Source of the DNA: a virus
Virus record (IMG/VR): IMGVR_UViG_3300042923_000607
Span: 32,001-96,000 of that record
DNA length: 64,000 nt
Reading direction: 5' to 3' (one strand)
Both the position numbers and the translations under genes were made by a program. The notes below the pieces were generated by a model that made no database searches, was not told the DNA's origin, and saw only the letters and a list, made by a program, of their open reading frames with translations. Shown here piece after piece: positions 1 to 10,033 of this stretch (positions within the stretch are counted from its first letter, which is position 1; each line of letters opens with the position of its first letter).

Positions 1-196
1 CTATAGGAATAATTTTACCCCAGATTTTAGAAGTTTCCTCTCCGATTTCTTGAAGTGATTTTATCTGCTGTTGATTTTTTTCTTCGTCTACCGTATAAGA
101 TACTACTGCATGTGAAAGTAAATTATAAATACTATGCCACCTTTTAATCTCTTCATATAAAGATAATAACTCTTTGTAATTTTCTTGTTTAATCAT
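1..196 (-). CDS. hypothetical phage protein (runs off window start)
   Basis: ATG at 196 after GAGGAGGAAG SD; open frame MIKQENYKELL... to window edge. Confidence 0.6.
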   Translation of the reverse strand, partial: MIKQENYKELLSLYEEIKRWHSIYNLLSHAVVSYTVDEEKNQQQIKSLQEIGEETSKIWGKIIPI

Positions 197-241
197 GTTT
201 TCTTCCTCCTGATTTTTCACTATAGAATCAATAATTGGTTC

Positions 242-514
242 TCATATTAATTCTTTAATTCTTTCTTTCACTTTATGTAGTTCCCAAAACCCTTTGTCAA
301 GTAACTGATTGTCTTTCCATATAGAGAAGCCGTCAATACAGTTGTTATTGAATTTGATTACATATAATCCATCTATTTCAAATTTCGTATATTGCATATT
401 ACCATTTAAAATTCTATAAATCTCTTGCCCATATATTTGATAATACTTATTCCTTTTTGAATCTTCATAAAAGGTAACATCTCCTTTTATTTCAGTAACT
501 TGCAAATGCTTCAC
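242..514 (-). CDS. hypothetical phage early protein
   Basis: 90-aa ORF with G-rich SD, co-oriented with neighbours. Confidence 0.65.
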   Translation of the reverse strand: MKHLQVTEIKGDVTFYEDSKRNKYYQIYGQEIYRILNGNMQYTKFEIDGLYVIKFNNNCIDGFSIWKDNQLLDKGFWELHKVKERIKELI

Positions 515-565
515 CCCCTTCAGTTCTTTGTGTAATTATACTATAAATATATAATTGTTACAATC

Positions 566-844
566 TTACATTTCTTCTTTAATAGCCATAAATCCAAAAC
601 ATATAGGTAAAAGAAATACCAGAGCTGTAGGATCTTTTAGTATTAGACTTATTACTGTTAAGAGTACTAGTAGACTAAGGCCTCCGGCAATATGTTTTGC
701 TCTATAGCTGGTTAATTGATTTACTATTGTATTTAATATTTTTAATCTCTTCTCTCTCTTATGCTGCCTATATATTCTCACTACCTGGTCATATGAATAG
801 AACTCAATTACATTGCTGTTTCGCTGCATTTGTGCCCCCTTCAC
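566..844 (-). CDS. small membrane protein
   Basis: two hydrophobic C-terminal segments (GLSLLVLLTVISLIL; ALVFLLPICFGFMAI). Confidence 0.6.
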   Translation of the reverse strand: MKGAQMQRNSNVIEFYSYDQVVRIYRQHKREKRLKILNTIVNQLTSYRAKHIAGGLSLLVLLTVISLILKDPTALVFLLPICFGFMAIKEEM

Positions 845-1132
845 TTTCTATACGTTCCATAACAATGGATATCAATTTGTTCCATGCTTCTTTTTTATTG
901 TGTTCTTTCTGTTGTTCTGTAAGTTTAATATTTTTATTCATCTGTTTGAATCCTTTCAAAATCTTTATAAAAGAGTACTTTTATGTTGCTTGTGTTTGAT
1001 ATTACTATTAATTATTACATTTAATCCGTACGTCCCAAGATAATTCTATTTCAATCATGCGGCTGTCCTCCTGTTTAAATGTATTATTTACTGTATCAGC
1101 TACTAACATACTTTTAATTCCTTTCCGCCTGT

Positions 1133-1321
1133 TTAGGCTATATAATCCGTATCTGCCATATCAGATATATTTGGTGTTTGTTTTATAGATTCTAACTCTC
1201 TCGTAAAACCACTTTTAATCATAATTGCATACGCTAATATTAAAGCATCGTCCTCATTGAAAGCTGAAGCGTATACTGTCTTAGCGTTCTTAAAAGTTAT
1301 AATATAATGATTGTGTTTCAT
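1133..1321 (-). CDS. hypothetical phage protein
   Basis: 62 aa, SD AGAAAGGA. Confidence 0.65.
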   Translation of the reverse strand: MKHNHYIITFKNAKTVYASAFNEDDALILAYAIMIKSGFTRELESIKQTPNISDMADTDYIA

Positions 1322-1365
1322 ATTTTATATTCCTTTCTAATAGACTATAAATACATTCTTTTATT

Positions 1366-1659
1366 TTATACAGACATTGTTCCATCTGAATAATCATTCA
1401 CACATTCAAAGTAATCTTGATTACTCTCTCTGCTGTAATATTGTTCATACATACTTGTTTGACAACCTTCATCACCTAAATTGCAATTTCTGTTTATGTG
1501 ATTTGCACAAGTATCGCAATCTTTAATTAATGTATTTTCAATTTCTAAAAATCTATGTTGTTCTATATCTGTTAACTCTATTCCATTTTCTAATTTTATT
1601 TTTAAACTTGTTAATTCACCTATTAAATTTGATTTCTTTTCTATACTTAAACTATACAT
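1366..1659 (-). CDS. hypothetical Cys-containing phage protein
   Basis: 97 aa, CDTC...C...C motif, SD AGTAGGT. Confidence 0.65.
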   Translation of the reverse strand: MYSLSIEKKSNLIGELTSLKIKLENGIELTDIEQHRFLEIENTLIKDCDTCANHINRNCNLGDEGCQTSMYEQYYSRESNQDYFECVNDYSDGTMSV

Positions 1660-1707
1660 TATACCTACTTTCTAACGGTTTTAGTTTACCAATAACTAAG
1701 TAAAATC

Positions 1708-1941
1708 TTAATTTTGTTTGCTTAATTTGTTTATTTGTCTTGTATAATAACCTTTATCTCTTTTATCGTTTGCATGTTCACGACATATCATTAAATATTC
1801 GATATCATTCTCATGAATTGCAGTATGAACATTTTCAATTTTAAGTATTTCATTTAATAATGATATTTTCATTCTGTTAGATGTTTCACTATTCACGGTT
1901 GATACGGTTTTGTATGTTTCTTTTAATACCTTTATATTCAT
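1708..1941 (-). CDS. hypothetical phage protein
   Basis: 77 aa, SD GGAGGTG. Confidence 0.65.
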   Translation of the reverse strand: MNIKVLKETYKTVSTVNSETSNRMKISLLNEILKIENVHTAIHENDIEYLMICREHANDKRDKGYYTRQINKLSKQN

Positions 1942-1987
1942 GCTTTACACCTCCAAAGTGTGAATAAAATGTTAGTTTTGTTTTGTT

Positions 1988-2131
1988 TTATCTATCTTTG
2001 TTCGCTTGACTATATGCACTGTATTCAGTATTATCCATGTTTGCATATTCAAAATAATTTGTAAATTGTAAATCGGTCATACTCATAAATTCATCATAAC
2101 AAAAATTATAATACTTTTCATCTTCGCTCAT
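1988..2131 (-). CDS. small hypothetical protein (47 aa, not in ORF track)
   Basis: GGAGGG SD then ATG AGC GAA GAT... to TAA. Confidence 0.5.
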   Translation of the reverse strand: MSEDEKYYNFCYDEFMSMTDLQFTNYFEYANMDNTEYSAYSQANKDR

Positions 2132-2859
2132 TGCTAAACCCTCCAATATTTGAATTTGTTTACTACGTTTTTTTGTGCCGAATCGTAGTTGCTCCGCCTA
2201 TAAGTTTAAACCTCATATAGTGGTTGGTCAATTGTAAAGCATAAAGACCAATGCTGTTATTATAGGAACTTTGTTTGTCACTCGTCAAAGTCAAGTTTTT
2301 AAAGACTTCAAACCTATAACAATGTAGATAAAATAGCTTGAATTACATTACTGCGTTTAATTGATCAATTTCTCTTTGTCTTGCTTGCCAATGCTCAATA
2401 TTTCTCAGTGTGCTATAGGCAATAATAAATTCCATCAGGCTAGTAAAAATATACTCAACCTCGTTATATGTTGCCTTGATTATGTTTCCATGTCTTTTAA
2501 TATTCTTCATATGTGGGTATCCTTTCCTGTTTCATTTATTAGTTATTCATGCAGACAATACTAATATTTTTCAATTATCAACTACCATTATTAAAGCGTT
2601 TACTATGTCCCGTTTGGCGGTGGTTCGTCATACTCTTGTAACTGTTTAATGTTTGTTATTCTTGTATTATCTGCATTCTATAATTAATAAATGTTTTATT
2701 TAGTGTTTACTGGCTTACACAAACGATTTTCACGTTTTATAGTTACCTGTCAAGATGCTATCTTGTAACCCTTCACTATTCCAGAATGGATTTAATTGTC
2801 ATTGTTCAAGTGCCGATAAATCTTTGAGGACTTATTGTTTACAGGTTGCTATTGCTTAA

Positions 2860-2914
2860 AACCCATTGTAGGAATTGCACCCACTAACTCGTTGCTAGAG
2901 CCACTATTAAGGTT
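2860..2914 (-). ncRNA. truncated tRNA-like element (acceptor-like stem plus T-arm)
   Basis: minus strand AACCT...GTGGG-TGCAATT-CCTAC-AAT-GGGTT; T-arm geometry, no D arm. Confidence 0.35.
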
Positions 2915-2915
2915 G

Positions 2916-3101
2916 TTATAAGTACTTCTTTATGTCTATTGTGTCCGATATGTCGGAAAGTCTGGAGCAAAGTATATTCTCTATTTCTTCCTCTATATCC
3001 ACGTTATATGCTAATCTCTGAAACACCTTTGTAGCTTCCTTTACTATTTCGTCCTGTACTTCCTGTGGTAACTGTGACACGTATAAATGACTATTACTCA
3101 T
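2916..3101 (-). CDS. hypothetical phage protein
   Basis: 61 aa, SD AGGAGGT, directly behind a consensus promoter. Confidence 0.7.
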   Translation of the reverse strand: MSNSHLYVSQLPQEVQDEIVKEATKVFQRLAYNVDIEEEIENILCSRLSDISDTIDIKKYL

Positions 3102-3150
3102 TTTGACTACCTCCTATTAAGTTGTTGTTGTATCTCTTATCTATGTATTA

Positions 3151-3179
3151 AGTATAACATACTATGTTGTATATGTCAA
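3151..3179 (-). promoter_or_regulatory. sigmaA-type early promoter overlapping operator motif
   Basis: minus strand TTGACA-17bp-TATACT with TG extension; spacer carries the ACATATACAACAT operator. Confidence 0.8.
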
Positions 3180-3206
3180 CAACTTTTTAATATATTTTTA
3201 CAACTT

Positions 3207-3422
3207 TTAATATTCTTTTTTCGTATCCCTGTCGACAAGCTTAATCTCAATATCACAGTTTAATGCCTCAACTATGTCTTTCAGTGTCTTGGGAATGAAC
3301 TCATCCTTGCTTAGTAATCTGGAGAAGTTACCTTTTTCCATTCCTATTTGAGTATAGATGTCTTTCTGCTTCAAGTCCTTATCAATGAGTATTGTCTTAA
3401 TCTTCTTTGATATTGAGTCCAT
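3207..3422 (-). CDS. XRE/Cro-C1 family HTH repressor
   Basis: HTH pattern LKQKDIYTQIGMEKGNFSRLL...TLKDIVEALNC. Confidence 0.85.
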   Translation of the reverse strand: MDSISKKIKTILIDKDLKQKDIYTQIGMEKGNFSRLLSKDEFIPKTLKDIVEALNCDIEIKLVDRDTKKEY

Positions 3423-3447
3423 GCTTTCACCTCTTTATTTTGGTTAA

Positions 3448-3476
3448 AGTATATTGGTTTGTCGTGTGACTGTCAA
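3448..3476 (-). promoter_or_regulatory. sigmaA promoter for the XRE repressor
   Basis: minus strand TTGACA-17bp-TATACT upstream of the start at 3422. Confidence 0.7.
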
Positions 3477-4544
3477 GTGTCTATCTACATATAAGTATAC
3501 TACTTTTGCCGGAAATGTCAAGACATTTGTTGTATATATTATTTATTAAGGTATTGATTTAAGCTATGATTATGCTAGAAAGCCGGATTAAACCTATATC
3601 AATTATTTATTAATGTATCTTATTTATATATTAATTGTGGTTATAATTTGATATTCCATAGTCCCAGACTGTTGATATAAGAAATCGTTATACATATGTT
3701 GATGTAATATAAGTTATAGTTATTACGCTAATCAGAATGGATTATACGATTACAGATGAATAACCAATTTCAATAATGATATCATTTCGATATCACTTTA
3801 ATATTATTTCTAATTATGACAAGTAAACTTGGCAAAGTACGAACTATATTGATATCTATCTAATTAATTTTTAAATAATGTCTATGGTTTCAATAACAAG
3901 TAAACTTGACATAAAATATCTTAATCCAGTAAAAGAGAAGTTGATAAAATGATATAAAGTCAACTTTACTCTTCATACATACTCTGGAAGCCTTGATTTT
4001 ACTGCGTTGTATGGGGGTACATTTACAAATTTTGATCAGATTTATTTTACCGGTATGCTGCTATCTGTTCTACTCACACGTCAACTTTGATTTTCAACTC
4101 CGAATAATATTGTATAATATTCTCACACAACTAACAATTACACCTCATGAATACTTCGGGAGATGTTTCGAGCAAATACAGTATATAAAAGGCTTAACAA
4201 ATTTTCAGACAATTAGTTATTGAATAACATATACAACATACAGATTCAAGTAAAGCCAGTAAACATCAATATCCCATCGATTTTTGAGCCTGTAAATAAA
4301 AAATAATAAGATATTTACTTTTTACAGGAAAACTCAGCAAAATCAATGGTTTAAGCTACTATTCTTCCGAAGATACATAATAATGGCCAATATATAAGAA
4401 AAATATTAATAAAATGTTATATATTATAAGATAGATAATCCGGAGAATCCTAGCAATTTCAATGGTTTTGATTGATTATGGATCTATGCTGCCGAAGTAT
4501 CATTGATTACAGTAAATAATTTCACTAAATAACATATAAAACAG

Positions 4545-4573
4545 TTGACACAGATAAAATACCGTGATATAAT
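4545..4573 (+). promoter_or_regulatory. consensus sigmaA promoter for the helicase-RNAP operon
   Basis: TTGACA-17bp-TATAAT with TG extension; operator motif at 4530-4544 abuts the -35. Confidence 0.85.
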
Positions 4574-4643
4574 TTTCTTTGTAGGGGAAAGCTATACTCT
4601 TTTTCTACTACATAACAAATGCAACATCATGGTTTTATATTCA

Positions 4644-4711
4644 TGTTACCTATCCTAAAATGTGTACATAATATATATTATATATATGTACCAAAAATAG
4701 GATTGTAAACA
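4644..4711. repeat. long imperfect AT-rich inverted repeat
   Basis: TGTT..ATCCTA..GTACATAATATAT / ATATATATGTAC..TAGGAT..AAACA. Confidence 0.65.
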
Positions 4712-4863
4712 ATTTAATTATCTTAAAGGAGGAAAATAATATGGCAAATTTTCGGATTTTCGATTAATCAAAGAACCAAAAATTCGGCATGGGTTATTCT
4801 ATAAATTTACGGTAGCCTCACGAAATTCAGAATAAAAAAATATAACATAAAGGAGGATTTATT

Positions 4864-6387
4864 ATTAGCGAAATATTTATTTCTGACGTAATAGACGTTA
4901 ATAATTTTAAAGACGATGAGTTTAACTTAATTGCATCTGGTTGTGGCACAGGTAAGTCTACTTTTATTTTTAAGCATTTACTACTAAAATATAAAACAAT
5001 ACAACCTCACGAAATTTTATTTATAACTTCAAGGTCTATGATCGTAGATCAGCAGTCTCAGGAAGAGGGAGTTGTTAAATATAATCCGTTCAATTATAAG
5101 ATAATACAGCTTTGGAGCGGAATTGATGATGACTATAATCAAATTCAAGCTAAAGGCATAACTATAATGACCTATGATAAGATTATTAATATTCTTTTAA
5201 ACGAAAACAGTGAGCAAGGAGAAACATTAAGCAAAATTAAAATGATAGTTTTTGATGAATGCCATACTTTGTTCAGTGATTTATTTATAAGAAACATTGA
5301 AGCTTTAAAGGTTTGGATTAGAGATAATCTTTATCAGAAAGAAAAAATATTTTTAGGATTAACTGCCACTCCAAATATTCTTTTATATTACAAGGAATGG
5401 GGAGTAAAAATAAACCAGCTTAATAAAGAACCAATAATTAGATATAAAGCTAATCAACTAATATGTACTAGCTTCGAAACAATTCCATATCTTATAACCA
5501 CAAATAAACTAAAAGGCAAAACAATAATAATGTGTAGCAGTATAAAGGAATGCATTAAGTTACAAGAAGAAATACCTAACGCTGCTATTTTGGTAAGTAG
5601 GAGTAACGAATATTATAAAAAAGATAAGTACATGAATAAAATCAGAGAAGAGATTATTATAAATAGTACGTTGCCTGATATGTTTATGTATCCTACAAAA
5701 AGAGATAAAAATGGATTTCCTGTTGAATATGAAAAAAGACCTTTAGAGGTTTTAATATCTACTTCTACCTTAAGAGAGGGGATCAACTTGGTAGAGAGTA
5801 GCTGCATAAGAAATGTAGTATGTTGTTTTCAAGACGAATTACATATTTCACAATTTATGGGAAGGTGCAGGTACGATATAGATAACTTAGTCGTCGCAGA
5901 ATCTTATGTTAGGGTTGATAATTTTAACAAAGATAGCTACATGTCTAGGTGTCACATAATGTATAAGGAGTTTATAGAAAATAAGTCTAATGTTAAGTGG
6001 TTTGACAGTATTTCACACCTTGTTACTCATGAGTGCTACCAAACAAAGAGATTTATTTTATGTAAAGACGAAAGAAAATTTATAGAATACATAAACGGAA
6101 AATGGTTGGTTCCTATCGGAACTAAAAAAGAAGGATTAAATGATTATAAAATATGGAGAGATTCAGATAAAAATGAAATAATAGACATGTCAATCCGGTG
6201 TAAACTTTACGAGTTATGTAATAGTAAAATAACCTTTAATCGAGTCATAAGAACAATGCAAGACTCTCTTGGTTATGAGATAGAAAGTGGAAATCAAAGA
6301 TTTGACAATGAAAAGAAAACATATAAGTTAATCATATCTTATGAAGAAGAAAAAATAGAAAATAAAAATATAAAGGAGAATATTTAA
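4864..6387 (+). CDS. SF2 (DExH) helicase; true start is a non-canonical ATT upstream of the track start at 5038
   Basis: in-frame upstream Walker A SGCGTGKS, DECH motif II, TAT motif III, QFMGRCR motif VI; SD AGGAGG at 4851-4856; in-frame stop at 4843. Confidence 0.85.
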   Translation: MSEIFISDVIDVNNFKDDEFNLIASGCGTGKSTFIFKHLLLKYKTIQPHEILFITSRSMIVDQQSQEEGVVKYNPFNYKIIQLWSGIDDDYNQIQAKGITIMTYDKIINILLNENSEQGETLSKIKMIVFDECHTLFSDLFIRNIEALKVWIRDNLYQKEKIFLGLTATPNILLYYKEWGVKINQLNKEPIIRYKANQLICTSFETIPYLITTNKLKGKTIIMCSSIKECIKLQEEIPNAAILVSRSNEYYKKDKYMNKIREEIIINSTLPDMFMYPTKRDKNGFPVEYEKRPLEVLISTSTLREGINLVESSCIRNVVCCFQDELHISQFMGRCRYDIDNLVVAESYVRVDNFNKDSYMSRCHIMYKEFIENKSNVKWFDSISHLVTHECYQTKRFILCKDERKFIEYINGKWLVPIGTKKEGLNDYKIWRDSDKNEIIDMSIRCKLYELCNSKITFNRVIRTMQDSLGYEIESGNQRFDNEKKTYKLIISYEEEKIENKNIKENI

Positions 6388-6780
6388 GTGATCAGCAACC
6401 TTACTATGCAACATATAAAACATTTAGATTTCAAAACACTTACTGATTCTGAGTGGCAACCAATATACAAATCGATTCGAGAGATTATTCCTGTAGTTGG
6501 TACTCTTCCATCTCGACGCGCGTTAAATCCGAGGTGTATGAAAACTTACATACAGTTAACAAATGGAGAATTAGATACGACTGAAACGCTGGATAGTCGG
6601 CACGTTAAAAGAATTAAAGATATATTGAAAAATATCCGGTCAAGGACAAAGAGAAAACCTGCTGTCGATTATGTCTACTTTTTAAGTGATTTAATTGAGT
6701 TGATGAAATATGAAAAAGATTTAGAAATACGTTTAGTTCACGATGAAGTTACATACTGGGAAGTTTGGATTAATAGATAA
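6388..6780 (+). CDS. hypothetical protein
   Basis: 130 aa, SD AAGGAG, between helicase and RNAP. Confidence 0.7.
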   Translation: MISNLTMQHIKHLDFKTLTDSEWQPIYKSIREIIPVVGTLPSRRALNPRCMKTYIQLTNGELDTTETLDSRHVKRIKDILKNIRSRTKRKPAVDYVYFLSDLIELMKYEKDLEIRLVHDEVTYWEVWINR

Positions 6781-6817
6781 CATATATAACACAAAACATG
6801 TATGGAGGATGATTTAT

Positions 6818-9433
6818 TTGAGTGAATATGGAATAAAAATCAAGAACATTGAAGCTAGTACGTTATTCGAATATAATAATGGCATTAGGGATCACTACGA
6901 ATATAAAGATGCAATGTTAACTAATAGTTTATTTAATGATTTTTTACAAGAAAATGGGATGAAAGTATGGAAAGAAGAATCTACTAGAGATATTATTTGT
7001 TTGGAATTCAATTTTGGAACAAGGTCTTACGACGAAGAAAAAAAACATTTATTGGATATTGCTAAAAAATCAAGATTAGAATATAAAATAGCAAAGTCAC
7101 ACAGAAATAAAAATGAGATAAAAAGCAAATCTAATAAAAGAATAAAAATAATGAATTTAATAAAACTTGTAGATGAAAACAAGGATAAGTATATTAAAAT
7201 ATCCAAAAAGGAAATTAGGAGAATGTATTACAATGATGGAGTGGAAGTAGAATATATAACAAGAAACAAAAAGGGAGAAATAACAAAAAGAGAAAAAATA
7301 CATTATAAAATGCTTTATAGGAGTACGGGGAAGGCGAAAAAAGGATCATGTATGTTTATTTGTGATAGATTACACAAAAAGGCTATTGATTTTTTGAGAA
7401 TGAAAATAAAAATATCTAAAAAAAATGCCCCTATAGTTGAGATAAGTGCTTACAGCCCTTTGGTTTCAAGTGCTATAGTAGGTCGGATAAAAATAAATCC
7501 AAAAAACATATTGATATTAAAAGATATAGAAAGATCTTTCATAACAAACGTGGTAAGCATAGAAACTGATGAAAACAAACATTGTTTTGCTAAAAACATA
7601 GATAATTACGAGTTAAAAAATACATTGTTTGATGGGCAGGCTCTTATAGATAGTGGGATTTTCCCAGAATGGGGAAATGGATATATATTATTAAGACATC
7701 ATTTTTGTAAAATGGCTGCATTTAGTACAAATATTCAAAAGTTTTTTAAAGATTATTTTGGAGATAAATATTTAACGGCAACAGTTAAAGACATGTTTGG
7801 CAGTGAACATTTTGTGAAAGACATAGAGTTGATAACAACTGATAATGCAATGAAATGGTTAAAGTTTGATAAGTCGTATGAATATTGGTGTGAGAAAGTT
7901 TATGAAAATAACTGCATGTTTGGAATTGTAAAAACCGCACATAAGAGTAAACTTGGAGATGTACAAAAAATGAGTTATCAAATGGTAAACTCCCTTGATG
8001 AACACATTATGGATGATGTAGTAAAAGAAAGTGTTTCTTATGTTGAAAAATTAAAACAAGATGATGATTTTTTCTTGGAATACTTAGAAAAAAATAAAAA
8101 CTTTTCAAATGATCACGAAGTATTGATTGCTCTATGCAACCAAAATAAAGATTTTACAAGGAGTGAGTATTTCAGAAGAAGAAAAAGAAAAATAATAGAA
8201 ACTTATGTTCTGAATTTAAAATCAGGAAAGATCATTCAGAATGCGGAGAATTTAGTCATCGTAGGCTCTCCTTATGCTATGTTACTATATGCTACGGATG
8301 GAAAAGAGAATAACGTAGATAAAGATGACACCTTTTTTGTAGAGGAAAATACAATACAATGTTTTACTCAGAGGTTTGATGATGACGAATATTTGGCGTT
8401 CTTCAGAAGCCCTTTTAACAGTAAAAACAATTTAACTTATTTACATAATAAATATAACTATAAATTAGATAAATATTTTAACCTGGGCGAGCAAGTGGTT
8501 GCGGTTAATATGGTGGGGACTGATTTTCAAGATAGGAACAATGGTAGTGATCAAGATTCAGACAGTGGATATACGACTAATCAAAATAATATAGTGGAAC
8601 ATGCGAAAATGTGTTATTTAAAATATCCAACTATAGTTAATAATATTCCAAAAGACAAAAATGTATATAGTAATACAATGGATGACTTTGCATTGATTGA
8701 TGATATGTTAGCTAATTCACAAAGAGATATTGGAGAATCTAGCAATTTAGCCCAGATAGCACAAACCTATGCTTGTAATTTTAATGATAAAAAATATATT
8801 GATTATGTATGTATTCTATCAGTTTTAGCTCAAGTTGCGATCGATAATGCAAAAAGACGATTTGACATTGATTTAACGCAGGAAATACGAAGAATAAAAA
8901 ACGATATGAATATAAAGAAATATAAATACCCTGAATTCTGGTTGATTATTAAGAAAAATTTTAATAGGAAGAATATTAATTATGGATTAAAATGTCCAAT
9001 GAATAAATTGTATGATTTGAACTTATCAGAATTTCATCCAGCAGATACCACTCTTCTAATGTCTGATTTTTTTATAAAGTATCCTCTCGATAAAAAAGAT
9101 ATATTTAGGAAATCAATGAAAGTAGAAGAATTATTACATAAATATTCATTATCAATTTATAAATCCAATATAAATGATGGTTCAAACGAAGATTATTTAT
9201 TATTGAGAAATGACTATGCAAATCTCTTGAATGATATAACCAAAATCAACATATCTTATAATTATATTGGATTGTTTTCATGGCTAATTGACAGAGCATT
9301 TATTATAACGCCCAATATAAAAAGCACAAAAAAAGAAATTTGTACTTTGCTGGATAAAAATAAATCTATGTTATTGAAAATATTATATGACGTAAATAGT
9401 AAAAATTTATTAAAATGTTTTAAAAATGGTTAA
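6818..9433 (+). CDS. yonO: YonO-like single-subunit (double-psi barrel) phage RNA polymerase
   Basis: LFDGQALID, FRSPFN and catalytic NGSDQDSD (DxDxD) motifs; position upstream of the late operon as in SPbeta; probable TTG start after GGAGG. Confidence 0.85.
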   Translation: MSEYGIKIKNIEASTLFEYNNGIRDHYEYKDAMLTNSLFNDFLQENGMKVWKEESTRDIICLEFNFGTRSYDEEKKHLLDIAKKSRLEYKIAKSHRNKNEIKSKSNKRIKIMNLIKLVDENKDKYIKISKKEIRRMYYNDGVEVEYITRNKKGEITKREKIHYKMLYRSTGKAKKGSCMFICDRLHKKAIDFLRMKIKISKKNAPIVEISAYSPLVSSAIVGRIKINPKNILILKDIERSFITNVVSIETDENKHCFAKNIDNYELKNTLFDGQALIDSGIFPEWGNGYILLRHHFCKMAAFSTNIQKFFKDYFGDKYLTATVKDMFGSEHFVKDIELITTDNAMKWLKFDKSYEYWCEKVYENNCMFGIVKTAHKSKLGDVQKMSYQMVNSLDEHIMDDVVKESVSYVEKLKQDDDFFLEYLEKNKNFSNDHEVLIALCNQNKDFTRSEYFRRRKRKIIETYVLNLKSGKIIQNAENLVIVGSPYAMLLYATDGKENNVDKDDTFFVEENTIQCFTQRFDDDEYLAFFRSPFNSKNNLTYLHNKYNYKLDKYFNLGEQVVAVNMVGTDFQDRNNGSDQDSDSGYTTNQNNIVEHAKMCYLKYPTIVNNIPKDKNVYSNTMDDFALIDDMLANSQRDIGESSNLAQIAQTYACNFNDKKYIDYVCILSVLAQVAIDNAKRRFDIDLTQEIRRIKNDMNIKKYKYPEFWLIIKKNFNRKNINYGLKCPMNKLYDLNLSEFHPADTTLLMSDFFIKYPLDKKDIFRKSMKVEELLHKYSLSIYKSNINDGSNEDYLLLRNDYANLLNDITKINISYNYIGLFSWLIDRAFIITPNIKSTKKEICTLLDKNKSMLLKILYDVNSKNLLKCFKNG

Positions 9434-9525
9434 AATTTGTGGGGGCGAAGATATTTTTATGTTTTTAAACCCACTGTTTATGCTTGTTGTCTTAGATTCA
9501 CTACTGCCCACTAATGAGGAAGAAA

Positions 9526-9726
9526 GTGAGCAATGACAGTCTTGCGATTTATCGTATAGAAAATAAACTTGCGTGCATGTAAATGCAACACCAGCACAAG
9601 TATCCTCACCGCTTAATACCGATGCGGTATACAAATATGGAATCGCGATATTATAATTATAGCCTCTCCACAGGCGTAATATGTGGATAGAGAATTAATA
9701 GGGTGGTATTATACTGCCCTATTTTT
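9526..9726 (+). ncRNA. candidate structured RNA downstream of RNAP, ending in a terminator
   Basis: GTGAG/CTCAC closing a multi-stem junction, further hairpins, terminator at 9697-9726. Confidence 0.45.
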
Positions 9727-10033
9727 CATTATTACATAACATATACAACATTTGCAATTCACACTCAATCGAGTAAAAATATATTCTCCTTTCAAGCAGG
9801 GCGTATGGTTTACAAACTACATACTCTCCTGCTATCCCAATTAAATCATCAAATTTAGTATATTAAACTTATTATATTTTCTTTAAGTTGTACGGGATTA
9901 GCTAGAACTGACCATTCTGAAGCGAGATCTCTAGTTATAGAAGAAAATTAAATCTTGATATGGAGTGGTTTCCAATTTCAAGATTTAAAGGCTGGCAGCG
10001 ACTAGGCACAAGTCCAGTCTTTAACTACATATT

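Noticed and set aside
4741-4767. Arbitrium-type signalling peptide
   Set aside because: No signal peptide and no adjacent TPR/AimR-like receptor gene in the window.
9410-9634. 74-aa minus-strand ORF
   Set aside because: Antisense to the operon, weak SD, overlaps the structured RNA region; likely spurious.
9526-9940. Hammerhead or other known ribozyme
   Set aside because: The CUGANGA/GAAA core is not correctly placed at a three-way junction; no family could be assigned by eye.
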